A stretch of 64,000 nucleotides of DNA from an uncultured Chromatiaceae bacterium (GTDB lineage Bacteria > Pseudomonadota > Gammaproteobacteria > SZUA-140): positions 136 through 64,135 of the forward strand of contig CAZSAK010000017.1 of the NCBI GenBank assembly GCA_964605155.1, written 5' to 3'. Position 1 is the stretch's first letter. Every line of letters begins with the position of its first letter. Below the pieces are notes generated by a model. The model had not been told where the DNA came from and did not search any database. It saw only the letters and a list, made by a program, of their open reading frames with translations. A program made the position numbers and the translations under genes. Below, one piece after another: positions 56,286 to 64,000 of this stretch.

Positions 56286-57464
56286 GTGGATATGAATGTA
56301 AAAAAGCGTCTTCTTTCATGGTCGTTTGCCGGTATATGTTTTTCCCAGATTCTCTACACCCCGCCGGTCGGTGCCTTCGTAGGACTGTGTTGCACCAAAT
56401 GCGGCGGCAACATGCCGATGAACATACCCGGCGGCGGCGTTCCGGAAACTTATGAATTCCGTTTCAAGATAAGCCCCATGTTCATGCGCATGGAAGATTT
56501 GCGGGATGGGACAAACGATGTGAGCACCAGCTCGATCCTCGGTGTACCCGCTACCGGCGTCTTTATGGCGGCACCTACCAGTATGGATATGACCATGCTC
56601 AATTTCACCGCAGGCTATAGTTTTACCGATGACTTCTTTGCAGGCCTGATGATGATGTGGAAAAAAAATGAGATGGACATGAGTTTTAATACAGCCATGC
56701 AGACATTGACCGGGCAAAGCGGCTTTACCATGAAATCTGAGGGCATGGGCGATACCATGCTGATGACGAAATACCGCCTGTTCGCCGATGATCCATTGAT
56801 CCCTACAAGTCAGGGATCCCTGTTTCTCGGCCTCAGCCTTCCAACAGGCTCGATCAATGAAAAGAATAAGTCTCATCCATTACCGATACGTCAGCAGGAA
56901 CAACTGCCCTATGGCATGCAGCTGGGTTCGGGCACCTTTGACCCGACGATCGGCTTCCTCTACCAGGGTTCCAGCTCACCCCACTGGTGGGGCGTCAATG
57001 CCATGTATACCCCCAGGTTGTATGAAAACTCCCGTGACTATCGTCTGGGAGATGAATTGCGGTTTGATCTCTATGACATGTATCAGTTCCGTTACGACCT
57101 CGTATCCCAGGTGCAATTGAATATATCTCATCAGGGCAAGATCAGGGGTGAAATGGATGCTGCGGTATCCGGTGCATCCGGACATGCGGCGCAGGGCAAT
57201 GCCGGCTCCCCGTACATGACACCGCTGTGGGATCCTGATAATTACGGTGGAGATAAGATACTGGCCACGGTTGGCCTGCAGTGGCAGCCTGCAAGCATGC
57301 ACATTATCGATGTGAATCTCGGCATACCACTATACCAGGATCTTAACGGACCGCAGCTGAAGGAAGACTACCGGCTGATGTTTACCTGGTACATGGAGAT
57401 TCCGACTAAATCGAGCATTCGCAATCGGGGTAAAACATCCCGGGAGAGTCAACTGGGATTCTAG
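56286..57464 (+). CDS. Met-rich putative outer-membrane beta-barrel ('transporter', SphA/MetA-pathway-like) with N-terminal CCxxC
   Basis: Signal peptide, amphipathic strands, G.GD, GLSLPTGS, LPYGMQLGSGT, IPLYQDLNGPQL motifs, C-terminal Phe. Confidence 0.7.
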   Translation: MDMNVKKRLLSWSFAGICFSQILYTPPVGAFVGLCCTKCGGNMPMNIPGGGVPETYEFRFKISPMFMRMEDLRDGTNDVSTSSILGVPATGVFMAAPTSMDMTMLNFTAGYSFTDDFFAGLMMMWKKNEMDMSFNTAMQTLTGQSGFTMKSEGMGDTMLMTKYRLFADDPLIPTSQGSLFLGLSLPTGSINEKNKSHPLPIRQQEQLPYGMQLGSGTFDPTIGFLYQGSSSPHWWGVNAMYTPRLYENSRDYRLGDELRFDLYDMYQFRYDLVSQVQLNISHQGKIRGEMDAAVSGASGHAAQGNAGSPYMTPLWDPDNYGGDKILATVGLQWQPASMHIIDVNLGIPLYQDLNGPQLKEDYRLMFTWYMEIPTKSSIRNRGKTSRESQLGF

Positions 57465-57496
57465 TCAAGACAAACACCGGATACGCGGGAGATAGA

Positions 57497-57775
57497 ATGA
57501 TGAAACTGTGGTTGTCCACACCTCTTTTAATCTTGCTGGCTGCTTGTGCCGGCGGACCTACGTCGATACCGGAGCCTGACAGTGCCGCTGCACGGCTCTA
57601 TACCGAGAAATGCTCGGCCTGCCATGCCCTGCCTCATCCAAAGCGGCACACCTTCGCGCAATGGCAATCGATCTTCACACTCATGGAACAACGTATTGCC
57701 GAAAGAAAACAACCGGCAATTACAACAGATGAAAAAGAGTCACTCCTCGGTTATCTAAAAGAACATGCGAGATGA
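57497..57775 (+). CDS. Monohaem cytochrome c lipoprotein
   Basis: LAAC lipobox, single CSACH haem motif, W-x6-M distal ligand candidate. Confidence 0.85.
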   Translation: MMKLWLSTPLLILLAACAGGPTSIPEPDSAAARLYTEKCSACHALPHPKRHTFAQWQSIFTLMEQRIAERKQPAITTDEKESLLGYLKEHAR

Positions 57776-57804
57776 AAATGTTTCTGTGTAATCACAATCC
57801 CTGA

Positions 57805-58350
57805 ATGCGCCATTCTTTACATAACTTGAGGACCATATATCTCCTGATCCTCGCGGTCATAATGCCCGTCCCGGTGGCCGATGCCGCCGACCCGTTCGCC
57901 GATTTCGGTATAGAAATCCCCAGGACAAGGGTGGATGCCCCGGGGTTCACCCTCACGACGATAAAGGGTGAAACGGTAAAACTGTCCAACTATCACGGCA
58001 AGGTTGTGCTGCTTAACTTCTGGGCGACCTGGTGCGAACCCTGCCGGGACGAGATGCCGTCCATGCAAGCACTGTGGGGACATTTCAAGGACAAGGATTT
58101 TGTCATTCTGGCGGTTGCAGCGGACAGGGGCAACAAAAAAGGCATCGCCAGATTTGTCGGAAAATACAAGCTGACCTATCCCGTCCCACTGGACCCGGAC
58201 GGTACGGTAAGAAACACCTACGAGGTCGTGGGGCTGCCGATGACCTATCTGATCGGCAGGGACGGCAAGATATCCGGCCGCCTGCTTTCGTCCCGCGACT
58301 GGTCGAGCGCTGCAAGCATAGCTGTAATCGAAGATCTGCTGCAGCGCTAA
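57805..58350 (+). CDS. TlpA/ResA-family thiol-disulfide oxidoreductase
   Basis: Signal/anchor, GKVVLLNFWATWCEPCRDEMP, GLPMTYLI. Confidence 0.92.
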   Translation: MRHSLHNLRTIYLLILAVIMPVPVADAADPFADFGIEIPRTRVDAPGFTLTTIKGETVKLSNYHGKVVLLNFWATWCEPCRDEMPSMQALWGHFKDKDFVILAVAADRGNKKGIARFVGKYKLTYPVPLDPDGTVRNTYEVVGLPMTYLIGRDGKISGRLLSSRDWSSAASIAVIEDLLQR

Positions 58351-58461
58351 ACAGATTGAACAACAGAAGGATCTAACCCTGATATCCGTATGATGGACAA
58401 CTGGTGACGATCCTATCCTTTAGCTGTTACGGATCTGCAGACATTGTCCGATTGCCAGGGT

Positions 58462-60294
58462 CTAGCCAAAGGTAAAGGCAAAGGCCTGTACACCCGGGTC
58501 GAGGAAATGGATCTCGAAGGTGTGATCCATGACCTCGCCGTTCTGCCGCACCAGCTGGTAGAGGCGTTGACCGGTGACGATGCCCCGGCCATCGATGCCG
58601 GTATCCGTTCCGTGGTCATCACCGGGCGCCTTGCCGTCGAAGGTGACCAGGAACTGGACCGAATTACCGCTCGGCGGCGGTCCCAGCACCAGATGCAGAT
58701 CGCGGGCATGAAACCTGAAGACGATACTGCCCTCGTTGCTGTTGAGCGTGGCGTGTTCGCCGTCGATCGTCCAGTTACCCGCCAGCCCCCATTGATTGAG
58801 TCGCGGAGTATCCACCGTATAGTCATGAGGTTCGTCCTCGACTGGGCCGCCGGGCGAAACGAAATGCTCGGCGCGGTTATAACCGATATAGGTTTCATGC
58901 GATCGAACGTCGTGCCGATCGGATGCGGCCTCCACGCCCGATGCCTTGACCGTCGCCAGGCCTGCAGACAAATCGGACTGTCCCGCCTCGGCGAGCAGTT
59001 CCCGGATGACCTTTTCCGATTCATCGTATTCACCCTCACCGAAATGGTGATAACGGATGCGACCCTGCGCATCGATAAAATAATGCGCCGGCCAGTAATG
59101 ATTCTCAAAGGCCTTCCAGATGGCATAGTGATTATCGACGGCCACCGGATAATTGATATTGAGATCCGCGATGGCATTCTTCACATTGCCGATATCCTTT
59201 TCAAAGGCAAACTCCGGAGAGTGCACGCCGATCACCACCAGCCCCTCATCTCGGTATTTCTCGGCCCACGCCCGCACATAAGGAATGGTGCGCAGGCAAT
59301 TGATGCACGAATAGGTCCAGAAATCGACCAGCACCACCTTGCCTTTCAGATCTTCCCTCGTCAACGGCGGTGAGTTCAGCCATTCAACCGCACCGCTCAA
59401 GGGCGGCATGTTACCCTCAACAGGCAATCGCTCGGCCTGTGCCCGCAGGGCGGCGATCATCATCGGCGTTGCCTCGGAACCGCCATTCATCGCCACGGAT
59501 TTATCCGCCATAGACGTCGAGGACAATAACGCCGAGTCCTGTGCCGATACATCCTGACCGGATGCGGAATGGAATTCATCGAGCAGACCCTGCTCCAGTG
59601 AAGCGGTCCGCGCAAGGGATATCTTCGTCAACACGCCGGTATCGAGTCCCAGTGCGATGGCACCCACGGCGACAAGCACCAGAACGCCGATCCCCTTCCT
59701 GACCCATTCGCCAATGCCGAGCGAGCGTTTCATCGCTGTAAATACCCGGCCACCCACGAGCAGGGCGAGCGCCAGTGATGTCGCCGCACCGGCTGCGTAC
59801 GCGAGCAATAACAAGGAGGTCTGTACCGTAGCACCTTCAAGCGCGGCACTCGCCAGGATCAGGCCCAGTATGGGGCCCGCACACGGTGCCCACAGCAGGC
59901 CGGTGGCTACACCCAGCATCAGGGGAGCCCAGAGGGTACCGCCATGATCACCGCTATCGCCGTCGACCGACTGCGACAACCGCGAACCCAGGGCAACGAC
60001 GGGCCTCGTCAAGCGCTCGGACAAGGCGGGAAACACCAGCGTCAGACCAAGCAACGCGAGGACAACCAGCGCCACGATACGACCATATTCATTGGCCTGT
60101 ACGGCCCAGCCGCCACCAATGGCGGCAAGGGTTGCAACCAGGGCGAATGTCGCGGCCATGCCGATGAGCATCGGCAGTCCGTTACGCATGAAGGGTTGGT
60201 CGGCGCGGGCAAACACGAATGGCAGAACGGGCAGGATACAGGGGCTGACAATCGTCAGGACCCCACCGAGATAGGACAAGATAAACAGGATCAT
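58462..60294 (-). CDS. dipZ: DipZ (CcdA/DsbD-beta + thioredoxin + C-terminal beta domain)
   Basis: SPCILPVLP and WAPCAGP TM cysteines, DFWTYSCINC, GVHSPEFAFE, QAFAFTFG end. Confidence 0.92.
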   Translation of the reverse strand: MILFILSYLGGVLTIVSPCILPVLPFVFARADQPFMRNGLPMLIGMAATFALVATLAAIGGGWAVQANEYGRIVALVVLALLGLTLVFPALSERLTRPVVALGSRLSQSVDGDSGDHGGTLWAPLMLGVATGLLWAPCAGPILGLILASAALEGATVQTSLLLLAYAAGAATSLALALLVGGRVFTAMKRSLGIGEWVRKGIGVLVLVAVGAIALGLDTGVLTKISLARTASLEQGLLDEFHSASGQDVSAQDSALLSSTSMADKSVAMNGGSEATPMMIAALRAQAERLPVEGNMPPLSGAVEWLNSPPLTREDLKGKVVLVDFWTYSCINCLRTIPYVRAWAEKYRDEGLVVIGVHSPEFAFEKDIGNVKNAIADLNINYPVAVDNHYAIWKAFENHYWPAHYFIDAQGRIRYHHFGEGEYDESEKVIRELLAEAGQSDLSAGLATVKASGVEAASDRHDVRSHETYIGYNRAEHFVSPGGPVEDEPHDYTVDTPRLNQWGLAGNWTIDGEHATLNSNEGSIVFRFHARDLHLVLGPPPSGNSVQFLVTFDGKAPGDDHGTDTGIDGRGIVTGQRLYQLVRQNGEVMDHTFEIHFLDPGVQAFAFTFG

Positions 60295-60534
60295 GGTTGG
60301 CTATCCTTTAAACTCTGGATCGAATAAGAATCTAGTAACTTCAGATTCAAAGGATAGGTTTTATCTATCAACAAAGCATCACGATAGATTCACAAATTCA
60401 TCACGATCCTGCACCAGGGAGCCGTCCAATATTCGGATCCGGATAAATACAACTGTCATCTGAATTAATACAGGAAACGGATTAACCCCGGCAAGGAAGG
60501 GCCGACTCCGAATTCCATCTGTTCCCATACCATT

Positions 60535-60981
60535 TCAATCCGGAATCTCCGGCTCGACGAGTTGCGCTAGTTGCATGAGCGATTCCTGCCAACCGAGATA
60601 GCAGGCCTCGGGTGGAATCGCTTCGGGTATCCCTTCCTGCACGATATCCAGCTTGGTTCCGCAGGAAACCTGTTTCAGGGTGACTATTGTCTGCATTTCG
60701 CCGGGTAGATTGGGGTCGTCGAACTTGTCCGTGTATCGGATACGCTCGGAGGGCACAAGCTCCAGATACTCACCGCCGAACGCGTGGCCCTTGCCTGTCG
60801 TAAAGTTCTTGAACGACATCCTGTAGCTACCGCCCACCCGGACATCCATATGATGGACCGTGCAGGTAAAACCATACGGTGGAATCCATTTCGCCATCGC
60901 ATCGGCGTCGGTGAACGCGCGATATGTCTTTTCGGGTGTCGTCCGAAGCACCCGATGCAGTCGGATTGTGTTTGTAGTCAT
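60535..60981 (-). CDS. SRPBCC/AHSA1-like protein
   Basis: RAFTDADAMAKWIPP, DVRVGG.YRM, GEYLELVP.ERI, GWQESL. Confidence 0.9.
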   Translation of the reverse strand: MTTNTIRLHRVLRTTPEKTYRAFTDADAMAKWIPPYGFTCTVHHMDVRVGGSYRMSFKNFTTGKGHAFGGEYLELVPSERIRYTDKFDDPNLPGEMQTIVTLKQVSCGTKLDIVQEGIPEAIPPEACYLGWQESLMQLAQLVEPEIPD

Positions 60982-60983
60982 GA

Positions 60984-61232
60984 CTATCCCGCCTTTGCGT
61001 TATATTGCCTGATCGAATACTGCTGGCTTAAGTGTTTGATACTCTCACCGGCGCAGGCGTATTCATGATACATATCGTCAAGATAATCAACGATGTCTTC
61101 TGCCGGCATTGATGACGGAATTTCCAAATCATCCCCCGGCGAACGCATGCCCGTTCCCAGCCGATACACTACCCATGCATTGCCCTCTCGATGCATCTCC
61201 AGTTGAAAGCGTCCGTAGACATCGAATTTCAC
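60984..61232 (-). CDS. Small hypothetical protein
   Basis: FDVYGR...W.VYR.G...IP...YLDD.YHE; abuts the SRPBCC gene. Confidence 0.7.
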   Translation of the reverse strand: MKFDVYGRFQLEMHREGNAWVVYRLGTGMRSPGDDLEIPSSMPAEDIVDYLDDMYHEYACAGESIKHLSQQYSIRQYNAKAG

Positions 61233-61400
61233 AAATCAACACCGGTTAAACAAACTGCCGGTTTGACAATTATACTGGAACTTTTGGTTGCCCGGACTCA
61301 AGCCATCAGACGACCCTGTCTTGCCATCATCCCGTCTCCTCATGAATCCCCGCAGATCACCGATAAAGGCTTATCAAGCATCCAAAACAGGTGAAATACC

Positions 61401-61946
61401 ATGCAAAGACCAATGACCAGGCTATTGTTTATTATGTTTTTTTCTGCCTTCCTGGGCGCTTGCGGGCCCATGGCCGTACGGCCGGTCTCCAGCCCCGAGA
61501 TGGCAGCCGCCTACGGCAACATCACGCTGCCCGAGGGCAATATTACCAACGTCATGTTGTACAAGGTGGGGGAGGTCTATGCACCACCGTTCAAATCTCC
61601 TCCCAAGGGTCATATCTACACCAACGGTAATTTCTTTTTCGAAAACCTGCAGCCCGGCAAGTATTTCCTGATGGGTTTCATGTCAGGTCAGAAGGCCTTC
61701 TACTTCAACTACCGTGGCGTGGAGAAAGAGAAATTCATCCATGAGGTCGCCATCGACATCAAGCCTGGTTCAACCACCTATGTGGGCAGTTACGAAGTAA
61801 CGGGCATCGACCGCAATTTTTTCAAGAGTGATACCTTTGATATCAGACGCAGCGACAAGCCAGGCAGGAACACCATCCTGGCACACTTGAAAGAGGCTGC
61901 GGCCGGTACGGGCTGGGATGAACGTTTTGAACAGGCAATGAAATAA
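61401..61946 (+). CDS. Hypothetical lipoprotein
   Basis: LGAC lipobox; G.FFFENLQPGKY and IKPG..TYVG beta-sandwich-like motifs. Confidence 0.75.
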   Translation: MQRPMTRLLFIMFFSAFLGACGPMAVRPVSSPEMAAAYGNITLPEGNITNVMLYKVGEVYAPPFKSPPKGHIYTNGNFFFENLQPGKYFLMGFMSGQKAFYFNYRGVEKEKFIHEVAIDIKPGSTTYVGSYEVTGIDRNFFKSDTFDIRRSDKPGRNTILAHLKEAAAGTGWDERFEQAMK

Positions 61947-62206
61947 CCGGAACTTAAACCTGCAATGCTCCCCAAGTTATGAGGGCACCTTAATCTATGG
62001 GTGCACCTTATCTAATGGTCATCTGGATATCTACAGTAGATTTGCTGTTTCCCTTCTCTTTCCTAAATTGTCCTCGACAAGGATGTTATAAGGTGATTAT
62101 ATAATTACAGCCGTTCCAGAGTTTCCTCGTGGTATCTATTTTTTATTGTTTTCCTCTGGTCCGTACCGTTCCCTCACACCTATGCACATACATGGAGACA
62201 GCACAG

Positions 62207-63055
62207 ATGAAAAAGGCCTGGTATCCAGTTGCAATTTCGCTGTTAGCCTTGACCATCTACCTTGACGGTGATAACAACTTACTGCCGTCTATGGCACACG
62301 CCGCATCTATGCCGGGACCGAATATCGTAAATGTCGTAGCCAGAGACTATGAGTTCGAGATGCCGGATACCTTGTCGGCGGGACCGACCCTGTTCCACCT
62401 GACCAACGATGGCGAACAACTCCATCACATGACACTTGTGAAACTCGAACAAGGCAAGACCCTAGCAGATTTCACCGCGCTCCCTCCCGGCCCAGCCCCT
62501 GTATGGGCGGTATTCATGGGCGGGCCGAACGCGACGTTGCCGAAAGGCGGACAGAGCGAAGACATCGTTGACCTGTCACCCGGCAACTACGCCGTTATCT
62601 GTATCATCCCGGATGCAGACGGCAAGCTCCATACGATGAAGGGCATGGTCAAGGCACTGACTGTGACGCCATCCTCGCAGGCCCGGGCTATGCCGTCCAG
62701 CGACGTGACACTGACACTCACGAATTATGCATTTTCGTTATCTGCGCCTCTGACCGCTGGCAGGCATACCATTCAGGTCGTCAATCACGGAACCCAGATA
62801 CATGAAGCGGTATTATTCCGTCTCGAACCGGGCAAAACAGGTGAGGACGTCTTTAATTGGGTAGGCGGTGGTTTCCAGGGACCCCCGCCGGGCGCCCCGC
62901 TAGGTGGCGGTGGACCCGAGGCACCGGGCAAGATAAATACCTGGCCTGTCGACCTGACAGCCGGGCATTACGCGCTGATCTGCTTTTTGCCTGACTCAAA
63001 GGATGCGAAACCCCATGCCGCGCACGGGATGATCTACAATTTCGAGGTCCTGTAA
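62207..63055 (+). CDS. Exported tandem cupredoxin-like protein
   Basis: Two domains each with N.G.Q.H and L..G.Y..IC..PD...H...GM; ATG 62207 with GGAG RBS and signal peptide. Confidence 0.8.
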   Translation: MKKAWYPVAISLLALTIYLDGDNNLLPSMAHAASMPGPNIVNVVARDYEFEMPDTLSAGPTLFHLTNDGEQLHHMTLVKLEQGKTLADFTALPPGPAPVWAVFMGGPNATLPKGGQSEDIVDLSPGNYAVICIIPDADGKLHTMKGMVKALTVTPSSQARAMPSSDVTLTLTNYAFSLSAPLTAGRHTIQVVNHGTQIHEAVLFRLEPGKTGEDVFNWVGGGFQGPPPGAPLGGGGPEAPGKINTWPVDLTAGHYALICFLPDSKDAKPHAAHGMIYNFEVL

Positions 63056-63116
63056 ATGGCCTCGCATAATACATGTAGCTATCGATCGCAACATAATCAA
63101 CGGTATGAATGATTCT

Positions 63117-63578
63117 TTATACCTGTGTCGGACCTTGTTGCCTTTCCGACTCTTTCTTTAAGTCACTCAATGCCTGCGCCAGCACACCATCCAGTATCTT
63201 GTGTATTCGGCCGGCAAAGAGTGAAACGAACACACCTTCCAACGATTCTTCGGTGCGCACCTTTGTCCCGTTTTCATCGGGCTCAAGTTCACATACATGA
63301 ACTCCCTTTACGCCCATGACAGAGCCGGACCATGCAATCCGGTTTGGCTCGCTTACCTCTTTGAGTCGCGACCTGATCTTCAGGCCCTCCGCCACCCATC
63401 TAAATTCAGTTCCCTCTGCAACAGGCCCATGTAGATCCATCTCCGTGATACTTTCATTCCATTGCGGCCAGTTTTCCAGACCGCTCAATATGCCCCACAC
63501 CACTTCCAGTGGCGCATGTACAAACGTTTCACGGGAGGCGAAGGCGGGTGCATTCTTGTCGATATCAATACGAGTCAT
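63117..63578 (-). CDS. SRPBCC (polyketide cyclase-like) protein
   Basis: APLEVVW..L...ENWPQW, G..F.W, EP.RIAW.G; ATG at 63578 preferred. Confidence 0.8.
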   Translation of the reverse strand: MTRIDIDKNAPAFASRETFVHAPLEVVWGILSGLENWPQWNESITEMDLHGPVAEGTEFRWVAEGLKIRSRLKEVSEPNRIAWSGSVMGVKGVHVCELEPDENGTKVRTEESLEGVFVSLFAGRIHKILDGVLAQALSDLKKESERQQGPTQV

Positions 63579-63853
63579 CAAGAGTTCATGGGCTAAGAAG
63601 GAAGATTGAAGAGTAAATACAGGCTGCGTTATTTTATTATATATCAAGTTGGCCCGATCCTGGTTGATCAGACGCAACCTGCTATCATCAGTCCTGTTGC
63701 TCCGGGCACATGCACATAACACTTTTCTCTTGTGATCTGAATTCCCGTCACTGGAGAAGAATCTTGATTAAACCTGGAATGACTTGAGACCTCTTGTTAT
63801 CCTGCTCTCAAACGTGCTCTTGAGTAAACGATACAGGTGAGCGTGGAGGTGGA

Positions 63854-64000
63854 ATGATCATGACGTATAAACGGGTAATGATGGTGGGCGTGGTGCTGGC
63901 CCTGGCCGGCTGTAACAAGCCACCGCAGGATGATACGCCAAAGGATGCTATGCCGAAGGATGGTATGAATGCGCAGCTGGACAGGATCCGCACCCTGGAG
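63854..64000 (+). CDS. Lipoprotein, 5' part only
   Basis: GGAGG RBS, MIMTYKRVMMVGVVLALAGC lipobox, frame open to window end; absent from ORF track. Confidence 0.7.
   Translation, partial: MIMTYKRVMMVGVVLALAGCNKPPQDDTPKDAMPKDGMNAQLDRIRTLE

Noticed and set aside
58413-59373. Long alternative-frame and antisense ORFs within dipZ
   Set aside because: GC-rich shadow frames with no domain signal
61981-62105. CueR/MerR-type operator upstream of the cupredoxin gene
   Set aside because: Short GCACCTTA repeats are present but do not match ACCTTCC-N7-GGAAGGT nor sit inside a convincing -35/-10 spacer

Overview
A gammaproteobacterial chromosomal segment (sulfur-oxidiser/Chromatiales-like gene content, by inference). 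The first ~31 kb is core: ribE-ribD-nrdR-glyA, a sigma54-type GGDEF gene, an HDAC-family deacetylase, queA-tgt-yajC-secDF, tRNA-Leu(CAA), a glycogen cluster (glgP, malQ, GH57, glgC, glgB), leuCDB-asd-fimV-ecfT-like and folD. 31-51 kb mixes a large surface protein, an OxyR/Fur iron-stress block (dps, hemP, atypical bacterioferritin), cysS-ppi-lpxH, hemH, htpG, pgm and ppsA. 51-64 kb is accessory. Best leads: (1) a CSLREA/choice-of-anchor surface protein whose C-terminal Fn3-like domain is split by a membrane hairpin ending in an internal lipobox; (2) an operon of a Met-rich CCxxC outer-membrane barrel, a cytochrome c lipoprotein and TlpA facing dipZ; (3) a candidate ~125 nt sRNA with promoter, anti-SD motif and terminator; (4) a Fur-boxed operon with a Cys-rich ORF where bfd usually sits; (5) a stand-alone sigma54-driven Na+-type motAB pair. 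All calls come from reading motifs by eye; no searches were run.
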